A stretch of 32,000 bases of DNA from Erysipelotrichaceae bacterium (GTDB lineage: Bacteria > Bacillota_I > Bacilli_A > Erysipelotrichales > Coprobacillaceae): the NCBI GenBank assembly GCA_028698185.1, contig JAQVDW010000010.1, positions 22,519 through 54,518 on the forward strand. The letters run 5' to 3'. The notes beneath the pieces were generated by a model. The model was not told the DNA's origin and did no database searches. It saw nothing but the letters and a program-made list of their open reading frames with translations. Shown here piece after piece: positions 15,445 to 23,463 of this stretch; within the stretch, counting starts at the first letter, position 1; each line of letters opens with the position of its first letter. Made by a program: the position numbers and the translations under genes.

Positions 15445-16278
15445 TTAGTATTGCAATCCCGGATTGAAGAAACCAATCAACACTCCCACAAAAGCCACGA
15501 CAACAAGGATCCCCATCACCTTGGTCGGCGAGATTTTGCGTTTTGACATCAGCCACCAGCAGATGACCACAGTCACCGCAGTCAGCAGTTTAGGATAGAC
15601 CGAGTTCAATGAGTTGTTCAAATCGACGATGACTTCCCCGTTGGCATCAAGCATCTTGTAAGCTGTCGAGACATTGATCCATGAAGCGGCAACCGCTCCG
15701 ATGACCATGGCTCCGACAATCTGGATCGATTCACGGATGGCCTGGGCTTTTTCCCCGACCAGGATTTCCACCGCTTTTCCCCCAAGCTGGTAACCTTTGA
15801 AGTAGATAAAGCGCATCCCCAGCAGGGCGAACAGGTTCCATGTCACAACATAGAACAGTGGCCCGATGATCGAACCGCCGCTGGCAAGACCAAGCGCGAT
15901 TCCCAGCAGGATCGGAATTACAGTACCGACGATCAGCGAATCCCCGATTCCGGCCAATGGCCCCATCAGACCGGCTCTAAGACCGTTGATTGTTTCATCA
16001 TCAACCGGTTCCCCGTTGGCACGGGCCTGTTCAAGACCGGCAGTCACACCTACAACGATCGCCCCGATTTGCGGTTCGGTGTTGAAAAAGGCGGTGTATG
16101 TCTTCATCGAGCGGGCCAGTTTGTCCGGCTCACCCGCATAAAGTTCCTCGCAGATTGGCAGCATCGCGCTAAGATAACCGAATGTCTGCATGTGTTCTTG
16201 AGAGAAGCATGTCAGATTGCCATAAAACCATAGCCAGAACGATTTGTTCAGGGTTTTTTTGCTTAGTTGTTTTTCCAT
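15445..16278 (-). CDS. PTS mannose/fructose/sorbose-family EIID (LevG-like)
   Basis: MEKQLSKKTLNKSFWLWFYGNLTCFSQEHMQTFGY is a typical IID N-terminus. The ATG at 16278 immediately follows the IIC stop (TAG 16282..16280; one nt, 16279, between them). The 39 upstream codons in the track ORF are rejected. Confidence 0.9.
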   Translation of the reverse strand: MEKQLSKKTLNKSFWLWFYGNLTCFSQEHMQTFGYLSAMLPICEELYAGEPDKLARSMKTYTAFFNTEPQIGAIVVGVTAGLEQARANGEPVDDETINGLRAGLMGPLAGIGDSLIVGTVIPILLGIALGLASGGSIIGPLFYVVTWNLFALLGMRFIYFKGYQLGGKAVEILVGEKAQAIRESIQIVGAMVIGAVAASWINVSTAYKMLDANGEVIVDLNNSLNSVYPKLLTAVTVVICWWLMSKRKISPTKVMGILVVVAFVGVLIGFFNPGLQY

Positions 16279-16279
16279 T

Positions 16280-17122
16280 CTAGATGTCCTCCTCTTCGTC
16301 GGTGTCAGTAGCTCCACCGGCGAATTTCGTTGCAAGTTTGGCAGTTTTGATTTCGTATTTGATAAAAGCGAACATCGCGGCAATGACAGTGGCACTTACC
16401 AGGTTCAATCCCATTGAAGCAGCCAAAGTGAAGCCGAAGAAAAATGGAATGAAGTCAGTCGCTTTAAGACAGATCTGTTTTAACAAGATGGCAACCCCGA
16501 CAGCCGGAAGCAATGATCCGACAGTGAAGATTGTTTTCATCGCAAGACCGTCCATTGGCAGATACATCTTGATGGCATCTACCGCCGGTGCCCCCAGGCG
16601 GCACATGATCAAGGCTGGAATGAATGAACAAAGAATGTGGGAAACCCAAGGATAAAGCATGTTGACCCGATAGATCTGTTTGTAGTTCCCTTTTTCAATC
16701 GCGTTCCATCCGATCCCCTGCCATAAAAGGTTCATTGTCGCAGTCAGATAGAACAATACGGTACCGACCGTACCAACCAGCACCCCGAATCCGGTTGCCA
16801 ATGAAACACCGTCGCTGGCAGCGGGATCAAGACCATAAGCCTTAAGCGCCACCATCGCCAGGGGAATCCCGATATAAGACACCGCCCTAACATCGGCGCT
16901 GACAGTTCCCCCAGGTGTTACCAAGGCGATATATACCAGCTGCATCGCAGCCCCGACCATGATACCGGTGCGAAGGTCGCCCAAAATCGCTCCGACGACC
17001 ATTCCGGCCACCAAAGGTCTTCCCAAAGTGTAGTTCCCAAAAGTTGTTCCGCCAAGTCCCGGCATTGATGACAGGCAGGCGAATAATCCCAATAATGCGG
17101 CTTGTAACCAGCTGATTTCCAT
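16280..17122 (-). CDS. PTS mannose/fructose/sorbose-family EIIC (LevF-like)
   Basis: 280 aa and polytopic. The MEISWLQAALLG... start and GRPLVAG.VVG block are typical of IIC-Man. Confidence 0.9.
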   Translation of the reverse strand: MEISWLQAALLGLFACLSSMPGLGGTTFGNYTLGRPLVAGMVVGAILGDLRTGIMVGAAMQLVYIALVTPGGTVSADVRAVSYIGIPLAMVALKAYGLDPAASDGVSLATGFGVLVGTVGTVLFYLTATMNLLWQGIGWNAIEKGNYKQIYRVNMLYPWVSHILCSFIPALIMCRLGAPAVDAIKMYLPMDGLAMKTIFTVGSLLPAVGVAILLKQICLKATDFIPFFFGFTLAASMGLNLVSATVIAAMFAFIKYEIKTAKLATKFAGGATDTDEEEDI

Positions 17123-17137
17123 AATCTCTCTCCTTTT

Positions 17138-17629
17138 CTAGTAACCGAATTTTCCTCTGAATTTGCTCCAGTTGCCGATTGCGGCCTCCTTGATCAGCGC
17201 AAATTCAATATTGTAGCCCGCCGCCATGATGCTTTCCAAAGCTGCGGCCTCTTCAGGGGTGATCGACTGGTTGTTGCCCAGCTTGATCGCGCCTTCGCGG
17301 TCGTTGCAAGGCCCCACGACCACTTCCTTGATTCCCGGAACGAATCCCTGTTCGACCAGGATTTTTTCCAGATCGATCGGGTTTTTCGTGATCAGAAAAT
17401 AACGGGAATCACTTTCCAAAACTTTTTGCGCCTTTTGTTTGAACTCGTCCAAGGTCCATACAAATGTTTTTTTGTCGCTGGCCGATTTGTAGGCAGCTTT
17501 TAAAACCGAATTGTTGGCGGCGTTGTCGTTGACAGCGATCAGCCCGTCACATGGATATTCCAGTGACCAACGAGTCACCGTTTGGCCATGGATCATCCGG
17601 TCATCGATCCGAATAAATGAAATTGCCAT
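17138..17629 (-). CDS. PTS mannose-family EIIB (LevE-like)
   Basis: IRIDDRMIHGQ contains the phospho-His; the 163-aa size is typical. Confidence 0.9.
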   Translation of the reverse strand: MAISFIRIDDRMIHGQTVTRWSLEYPCDGLIAVNDNAANNSVLKAAYKSASDKKTFVWTLDEFKQKAQKVLESDSRYFLITKNPIDLEKILVEQGFVPGIKEVVVGPCNDREGAIKLGNNQSITPEEAAALESIMAAGYNIEFALIKEAAIGNWSKFRGKFGY

Positions 17630-17643
17630 TTTTCTCTCTCCTT

Positions 17644-18069
17644 TTAAATGTCTTCTTCCTGTCCTGTTTCCAGCACAAATTCCTTGATTGAACCGGTCGC
17701 TTCGGCGATAATTGTTGACACCAGCTGATCAGTCGGCATCGTATCCTTCATCAGGACACAGCTCAAAGCCAGTGGCAGGTTCATTCCCCCAATTACAACT
17801 GCCCGCTCGAGAAGCTTGGCTTCATCGAGATAGCTCAAAGTCGTCGATAGCGGCGAGCCGCCGATAATATCCCCCAATACAATCAATTCGTCATCCTTGC
17901 TTACGCCCGCAAGCATACTTGCCAGATTCGCTTTGAACTCATCGGCCCCCTGGCTTTCAAGCAAGCCTAAGGCCAGTACTTCTTCGCGTTTCCCCGCAAG
18001 CATTTCCAAGCTATCCTTGATTCCCGCAGCCATTTTGCCGTGGGTCACCATAACTACATATTTCATCAT
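17644..18069 (-). CDS. PTS mannose-family EIIA (LevD-like)
   Basis: MMKYVVMVTHGKMA carries the His10-type phosphorylation site. A GGAGGG SD precedes the ATG at 18069; the TTG at 18090 is rejected. Confidence 0.85.
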   Translation of the reverse strand: MMKYVVMVTHGKMAAGIKDSLEMLAGKREEVLALGLLESQGADEFKANLASMLAGVSKDDELIVLGDIIGGSPLSTTLSYLDEAKLLERAVVIGGMNLPLALSCVLMKDTMPTDQLVSTIIAEATGSIKEFVLETGQEEDI

Positions 18070-18091
18070 CTTCCCTCCTGACAACAACAAT

Positions 18092-18131
18092 TTTATAATA
18101 GCGCTTACTTTTTAACTACTGGAATTAGTAA
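18092..18131 (-). promoter_or_regulatory. PTS operon promoter region with a cre-like box and an imperfect 8-3-8 inverted repeat
   Basis: On the minus strand the -10 is TATAAA (18092-18097). The cre-like AAGTAAGCGCTATTA (18096-18110) has 2 mismatches to WTGNAANCGNWNNCW. TAACTACT-gga-ATTAGTAA (18113-18131, 6/8 complementary) covers the -35 zone. Confidence 0.3.
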
Positions 18132-18153
18132 CATGATTCGATTACCGATATCA

Positions 18154-18182
18154 CCAATTGCCATGACAAAAGTCACAATTGG
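18154..18182. promoter_or_regulatory. Inverted repeat CCAATTG-N15-CAATTGG (candidate activator site)
   Basis: Arms at 18154-18160 and 18176-18182, with an inner TGAC-aaaa-GTCA (18164-18175). It lies about 80 nt upstream of the putative -10. Confidence 0.35.
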
Positions 18183-18284
18183 AATTTGTGCCAGGGTCTT
18201 AATTCAGTCTGGCTTTCGTTGGAAACACCGGATCAAGTGCCTGAATTTGGTCCTTGAAATAATCTGGAAATGTTTTTTACGGCA

Positions 18285-18325
18285 AAAGGCGACTAAAATC
18301 ATTTGAATTTAGTCACCTTTTTTAA
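18285..18325 (-). terminator. Intrinsic terminator of the GH32 transcript
   Basis: The minus-strand RNA forms GGUGACUAAA / UUUAGUCGCC (one G-U pair) followed by UUUUG. It lies about 350 nt after the GH32 stop. Confidence 0.6.
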
Positions 18326-18672
18326 TTTCGCTGTTCAAACTAATAATCATGAAATAGGAATTGCCCCGTGTAAAGATTTACCAAAGGCTCCATGCGATCA
18401 ATCACAGCTTTTTGCCTTTGGCATATGGGATCCTGTCCAATGATCCTGAAAAACTTTCATTGGTATATTCCTGATAATCCATTTTGCTTCCAACCAGAAA
18501 TTCAAACCGTCGCGAATACGGACGACCATATTCACAGCGATACCTAGACCAGCAGCAATTTTGCCTTGTGGCAAACGGGATTGCCAACATTGACAAACCC
18601 GCCGGCCCAGTCAATCCGGATATCACCGGCTTGGGCGTTGAAAATTGCTTTGTTTTTCCAATGGCCCGACAG
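18326..18672 (-). other. Non-coding tail with protein-like frames (possible gene remnant)
   Basis: 42 codons remain open in frame after the GH32 TAA (LSGHWKNKAIFNAQAGDIRIDWAGGFVNVGNPVCHKAKLLLV-TAG). A second frame reads GLGIAVNMVVRIRDGLNFWLEAKWIIRNIPMKVFQDHW. GC looks higher than in GH32. Confidence 0.25.
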
Positions 18673-21600
18673 TTAGTTGCCTGCTTGGGTTGTCACATAA
18701 AAGTTTTGATATTGCGCGGAGGCATTGTACAATCCCAACCCCACATACCCGCTGGCATATTGACGGTCCGTTTCCACGATGGTCCGGTTGATGTATTCCT
18801 TGCCATTTACCGCAACAATAATGTTGCTGCCAGAAACCGTAATCTTCAAATGGTATTTATTGTCTTCCGGGCGGACAAGGGTGTCAACACTTGCAAAAGT
18901 ATAATCATTCTTGAAATCAAACAATCTGACTGTGGTACCATTGAGCTGTACCGAATAACAACCGTCCCAGGCGTTAGTTGACTGTGCCTGCACAATGAAA
19001 TTCAAAATTCCAGTTTCATAACTAGCATCAATCTCATAAATGTACTCATCAGTTTCCATTTTATTGGCATAGATGAAGCCGTTGTCATTATGGCTTCCCG
19101 TCAATACAGTATCATCAAAAATCCAGCTTCCGGACATGATCTGGAAATCCTGAAGATTTGTCACAAAATTGTTTTCATAGATTTTTACAACACATTCTTT
19201 TTTTATTGTCGGATCAAGCTTGCTGGCAACAGTGATTGTGGCGCTCCCGGCTTTTTTCGCCTTGATCTTGGCAGTGTTGTTTTTAACATTAAGCTTAATC
19301 ACGGAAGGATTGTCCGTGCTAAAAATAACATCCTGGTTGATTTCACTTGGGCTCACCCAGCTTGTCAAGGTGAATGTGTCTTTGACGTAACCGGTCAGTT
19401 CCGTGTGGTTCAACCCTATTGTCAACGGTGCTGTTGGTTGTAGCTTGTCTTGCCAAATCGTATTAATCCCATATACCGTGATGTCCCCATAAGAGCGGCC
19501 CCCTTCACTGTATACTTCAACCCCTTGACTTAAAGGGTTTGAAAAAATTTGCATTGCTCCAGCCACGGTGCCACCTTTGGAGAACGCCTCGACTGAACTC
19601 CGGTCCACAAAAATGTGAAAGTCAATCGAACCATCATCATTAAGGGTGACCTTCTGGCTGTTGACATTGACCCGGTTGTCGCTAACAACCAGAATTCCCG
19701 ATTGGCTGCGATCAACAGTGAGGAGCTGGTCAGTGAGGGTGTATTTGATGACGGTTTCCTCATCCCCGCCAGTGCGAACTTTGAACCCAACCTCGCTTGT
19801 AGCTTGTTCGGGTGTGATATTCGCGATGATCTCGTAACTGTCCCCGCTAAAATCCGATAAAACATTGTTTTTGCTTGTGATTTCAACATTATCAAGCTCT
19901 ATCGAACTTTCATTTTTTCTAAGGGTAGCGTATTCCTCAATTGGGTTTTGCGTCAAAAAGTAATTGTTGTTGGCATCTTTGACAATTCCCAGTTCACATT
20001 GCAAGTTAAAAGTTCCATTAAACACCGTATTGCCATTGGCTTCTGGGATGGCATTGCAAAATCCACTGTCCCATGTGTTCATCCAGTTCATAGCGATGAT
20101 TTTCTGTTCGTTAAAATCGCTTTTTGTTCCAAAATCGCCGAAATAGTAAGTCATGGCCGCGTAAGAGTCCATCCCAAAGTTCATGATTCCATCATTATCT
20201 TCATTACCCATCCCTTCAGCGTTGGGACTTGCATATTGCGCATCGGGGACAAATTCCCACTTCCCATTCACTTCTTGGAAATCACCGATTTTATATTTTC
20301 GACCGCCTCTATTTAAAACCCATTTAATCTCTCCAGTTTTAATGCCGTCGACATTTTCAACGGAAATCGGATACAAGTCGGGGCATTCGGTGTGAAGTTC
20401 GCCATAGGCGCTTTCCAATTCCCAATCAACCAAATTGTCTGAAGAGTAGATACGCAAAGGCCCGCCGGCAAGCACCATGAACCATTTATTTTCATATCGG
20501 AATACTTTTGGATCCCTAAATGCCGGACTGTTTAAAACATCATCTTTCCAATCAAGCAAAACTTTTCCTTCTTCATATTTGTGGAAAGTTTCTCCATCTT
20601 TGGAATAGGCACCAATTATTCTTTGCCCGTCACCACCATTTGTCCCATTGGCGGTGATCAAAAACACAATACCTTCTTCACCTTCCAAGAATATGTCCGG
20701 TGCGGTTTCATGATTGGCAATTACTGCGCAACCTGAAAACATTGTTCCATATTCATCAGGATAAAATTCAATCGGTTCTTCCGACCAGTTAATCATATCC
20801 GTACTGGTTGCATGAGCCCAATGCATCGGCCCCCATTGTGGTCCATCGTAATACTGGTAAAACAAATGATAAACACCATTATAGTACACCATCCCGTTGG
20901 GATCATTGGCCCAGCCGTCTTTTACGGAATAATGGTACTGGCCCCGGTAGTCTTCGTTATAGTAGGACTCGTCTGGTTGCATCCTATGAACTCGAACTCG
21001 GTAAACAACTTCTGCATTGCCATTTCCAACGGTCAGCGTATAAGTCGTCAAATCGCCATCAATGGCCAAGTTGTTCAAATCGACAATTTCACCCTTTGTG
21101 TCGGTCGCAACAACCTCACTGTCATTTTTAATACCATAAGCCAATTTGACTGTTGTGGTCGCATTGTCTACATAGGCAATGTACACATATTGACCTGGTG
21201 CGAACTGGATTTGTTTGTCAACCTCGCCATCAACGCTGGAAACAGCCAAATTGGTGAGCTCCGGACTGTTGTTAGAATCAATCGGAGTGTAGTTTACATT
21301 CTGATAGGAAACATTCCCATTCCAAGTCAATAATCCGAATTTGCCGCTATCGATCACATCATTTTGGCCAAAATGAGAATCAGCGGCGCTTTCATTCATA
21401 GTATAATCCGCTGTGTTGATGATCAGTTCACCATTGATATAATAAACCATGTGTTTGTCAATCGCTGTGATTTTCAAATGATACTCGTTGGCATCATTTA
21501 AACTCGCATTTTCCCCTCGGGCCAGATCAATTGCTTGATTGTTTTCAAACTTAAACAACCTCGCAGCACCGGTCTCACCATTCAAATTGGCGACATACAT

Positions 21601-21939
21601 GTTTTTGTTATCCAAACCGCCATCTATTCTAAATATCAATGAGGCCGCCCCTTTTCGCTCATTGAACCTGATATCGGCTTCATAAACAAAGTTATCCCCT
21701 GTGCTTTCACTAACTAAAAACGAATCACCTTGGGAATCGCATGTGGCTCCACTTTGATTCATGATCCAAGAACTGTCGCCAGATGGAGATATCAAATTGG
21801 TCACAAATTCATTTTGATCAAAGGTGCCATCAAGGACACTTGTTATTTCTTCATCCAAGGCATTGGCAACTGTCAAGTCGGATAAAAGAATGGACAACAC
21901 CAGTCCAAAACTCGTAAGAATCTTAATTGTTTTTCTCAT
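18673..21939 (-). CDS. Secreted multidomain GH32 fructan beta-fructosidase (levanase/inulinase/fructanase, FruA/SacC-like)
   Basis: Signal peptide (MRKTIKILTSFGLVLSILLSDLTVANA). GH32 catalytic motifs WANDPNG, FRDPKVF and TECPDL. The GH32 domain is flanked by two related ConA/LamG-like domains (both contain YHLKIT), a cadherin-like beta-sandwich and a Big_2-like Ig domain. Confidence 0.9.
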   Translation of the reverse strand: MRKTIKILTSFGLVLSILLSDLTVANALDEEITSVLDGTFDQNEFVTNLISPSGDSSWIMNQSGATCDSQGDSFLVSESTGDNFVYEADIRFNERKGAASLIFRIDGGLDNKNMYVANLNGETGAARLFKFENNQAIDLARGENASLNDANEYHLKITAIDKHMVYYINGELIINTADYTMNESAADSHFGQNDVIDSGKFGLLTWNGNVSYQNVNYTPIDSNNSPELTNLAVSSVDGEVDKQIQFAPGQYVYIAYVDNATTTVKLAYGIKNDSEVVATDTKGEIVDLNNLAIDGDLTTYTLTVGNGNAEVVYRVRVHRMQPDESYYNEDYRGQYHYSVKDGWANDPNGMVYYNGVYHLFYQYYDGPQWGPMHWAHATSTDMINWSEEPIEFYPDEYGTMFSGCAVIANHETAPDIFLEGEEGIVFLITANGTNGGDGQRIIGAYSKDGETFHKYEEGKVLLDWKDDVLNSPAFRDPKVFRYENKWFMVLAGGPLRIYSSDNLVDWELESAYGELHTECPDLYPISVENVDGIKTGEIKWVLNRGGRKYKIGDFQEVNGKWEFVPDAQYASPNAEGMGNEDNDGIMNFGMDSYAAMTYYFGDFGTKSDFNEQKIIAMNWMNTWDSGFCNAIPEANGNTVFNGTFNLQCELGIVKDANNNYFLTQNPIEEYATLRKNESSIELDNVEITSKNNVLSDFSGDSYEIIANITPEQATSEVGFKVRTGGDEETVIKYTLTDQLLTVDRSQSGILVVSDNRVNVNSQKVTLNDDGSIDFHIFVDRSSVEAFSKGGTVAGAMQIFSNPLSQGVEVYSEGGRSYGDITVYGINTIWQDKLQPTAPLTIGLNHTELTGYVKDTFTLTSWVSPSEINQDVIFSTDNPSVIKLNVKNNTAKIKAKKAGSATITVASKLDPTIKKECVVKIYENNFVTNLQDFQIMSGSWIFDDTVLTGSHNDNGFIYANKMETDEYIYEIDASYETGILNFIVQAQSTNAWDGCYSVQLNGTTVRLFDFKNDYTFASVDTLVRPEDNKYHLKITVSGSNIIVAVNGKEYINRTIVETDRQYASGYVGLGLYNASAQYQNFYVTTQAGN

Positions 21940-21963
21940 TTTCTATTCCTCTCTCATTATTTA

Positions 21964-21978
21964 AGCAATCGCTTACAA
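21964..21978 (-). promoter_or_regulatory. Catabolite-responsive element (cre) in the GH32 leader
   Basis: The minus strand reads TTGTAAGCGATTGCT, matching every constrained position of WTGNAANCGNWNNCW. It sits between the putative -10 and the SD. Confidence 0.6.
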
Positions 21979-21987
21979 TGGTATTTT

Positions 21988-22021
21988 AGTATAAATTCCA
22001 GCCATAAGTAATCTACTTATG
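21988..22021 (-). promoter_or_regulatory. GH32 promoter (-10 TATACT) with a perfect 8-3-8 palindrome over the -35 zone
   Basis: On the minus strand TATACT = 21988-21993. CATAAGTA-atc-TACTTATG occupies 22003-22021. Confidence 0.4.
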
Positions 22022-22058
22022 TAATGAAACCGCCCTTACATTTGTCATAAAAAGGCTT

Positions 22059-22081
22059 AAATTGGCGTTTTTTTACAATTT
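22059..22081. promoter_or_regulatory. Inverted repeat AAATTG-N11-CAATTT upstream of GH32
   Basis: Arms at 22059-22064 and 22076-22081, about 85 nt upstream of the putative -10. The core is the same as in the 18154-18182 element. Confidence 0.3.
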
Positions 22082-22119
22082 CCCATTCATTTGGAGCTGC
22101 CTGGATAAAATATAACCGG

Positions 22120-22160
22120 TCATAAATAAAAGCTGATCTGGATTTTATCCAGATCAGCTT
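22120..22160 (-). terminator. Intrinsic terminator of the sensor operon
   Basis: Perfect 13-bp stem agctgatctggat / atccagatcagct (22131-22159), followed on the minus strand by UUUUAUUUAU. Confidence 0.8.
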
Positions 22161-22176
22161 CTCAACTGTTAAATCA

Positions 22177-23463
22177 TCACTTATTTGTTTGAATCATCAG
22201 TTCATTCATTTCCTTTTGAACGTTGATCAAGACCAAGTCAATATCCTCATCGCTTCTCAAGGTCTGGTTGAGCTTTTCAATCGCCTGGGAATAGAGAAAA
22301 TCATAGTTGGGGATTTTTTTGCTGATCAAAGCCTGGGTCATGGCACGGTCAATTACCGGCAAAGCAAAATCTCCATCGAGTGACTGTTCATGTAGAAGTG
22401 TACTCGTTGCCAGCGAATTGACCACACTGCTAAGGGGCGAGATTCCTTGCGAAGTGGCAAAATAATCTTGTTGCACCTGAGCGTCGTTGCTCAAGAGTTT
22501 GATAAAATTATAAGCTGCCGATTTGTTTTGCACCCGGGCGGAAATGCCAGCCAAAAGGGTATCAATCCGGCCGGAATTCCCGGTCTCGCTGGGCAAATTG
22601 ATGCAGTCCCATTTGAACGTCGAGTATTTGGTAAGATTGTACGGGTAGAACCGGTATGTCCTGAACTGGGAAAAAGGGAGTTTCGCAAAGGCCACATGGC
22701 CCAGGTCGTAATCATCGAGACTGACGCTGGACCGGCCGTTCAATGCATTTAGTTTCTTGAAGTACTCCAAAGCCGCCTTGGTTTTGTCAAGATCGATGAA
22801 AAAGTCGCCCTGACTAAAAAAATCAATCCCAAAGGCACTCAGGATATCAGCCAGATCATAATTGCTGCAGCCAAACTGGTCAATGACGCCATCATTGTCG
22901 GTATCCTTGGTTACCTGTTGACAAATGTGATAAAATTCATCCAGATCAAGCTGGTCATCAATCACAATCCCTTCTTGTTCCAACAAGGTCTCGTTGACAA
23001 AAAGCAAATCAAGATTGCAATCAACAGGCAGAGCGTAACGGATGCCATTGAATTCACCGGCCTTTAGGGGGGCCTGATAGTAATTGTCAAGATTGAAATT
23101 ACCATCCCTGGCGATCAGACCATCGAGTCTGACAAGCGCCTCGGTATTGGCCAAAGTCGTAAAATCTTCTTCAAAAATCAGATAGATGTCAGGTTCCTTG
23201 CCCGCGACAATCAATGAATTGAGGTGATTCGAGTAGTCCTCCTGCAAAACTCCCGAAACATATTCCACTTCAATGCCATAGCGGGCTTGATACTGTTCAA
23301 TCACCTCGTCGATGACATCGTAGATGTTGAAATTGGTGTCTGACCATGGGTTGCCCGCAAAAAGTCCGATTGTCAGCTTGTCGGGCCGTTGGAGATAGTG
23401 ATAGTAATAGCTGGCCATGGCAATGATCACAATCAACGGAATGATCAGAAGCTTACGTTTCAC
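22177..23463 (-). CDS. Membrane-anchored extracellular solute-binding protein (family 1), sensor accessory (LevT/LevQ-like)
   Basis: 428 aa with an N-terminal MKRKLLIIPLIVIIAMASYY anchor and no lipobox Cys. The length and composition are those of a sugar ABC SBP, but there is no permease or ATPase nearby. The GTG start overlaps the RR stop by 11 nt. Confidence 0.7.
   Translation of the reverse strand: MKRKLLIIPLIVIIAMASYYYHYLQRPDKLTIGLFAGNPWSDTNFNIYDVIDEVIEQYQARYGIEVEYVSGVLQEDYSNHLNSLIVAGKEPDIYLIFEEDFTTLANTEALVRLDGLIARDGNFNLDNYYQAPLKAGEFNGIRYALPVDCNLDLLFVNETLLEQEGIVIDDQLDLDEFYHICQQVTKDTDNDGVIDQFGCSNYDLADILSAFGIDFFSQGDFFIDLDKTKAALEYFKKLNALNGRSSVSLDDYDLGHVAFAKLPFSQFRTYRFYPYNLTKYSTFKWDCINLPSETGNSGRIDTLLAGISARVQNKSAAYNFIKLLSNDAQVQQDYFATSQGISPLSSVVNSLATSTLLHEQSLDGDFALPVIDRAMTQALISKKIPNYDFLYSQAIEKLNQTLRSDEDIDLVLINVQKEMNELMIQTNK

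Noticed and set aside
18188-18193. TGGCAC on the transcribed strand upstream of the PTS operon, reminiscent of the sigma-54 -24 element used by the Bacillus lev operon
   Set aside because: The expected TTGC -12 element five nt downstream is absent (the sequence is TGGCAC-aaatt-CCAAT). No sigma-54 enhancer-binding LevR-type activator is encoded here; regulation appears to be through a NarL-type regulator instead.
18653-18665. Short match TTTTTCCA at both edges of the low-GC block (18653-18665 and 26386-26400), considered as possible att-like direct repeats
   Set aside because: It is only 8 nt, T-rich, and overlaps an SD and leader at the right side. This is well within chance expectation, and no integrase is present.
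18402-18981. Track ORFs 18402-18626 (minus strand) and 18484-18981 (plus strand) in and around the GH32/PTS spacer
   Set aside because: Their composition is rich in R, C and W, and they have no SD. One overlaps the GH32 3' end antisense. The more protein-like frames in this spacer are interrupted (reported as a possible remnant instead).
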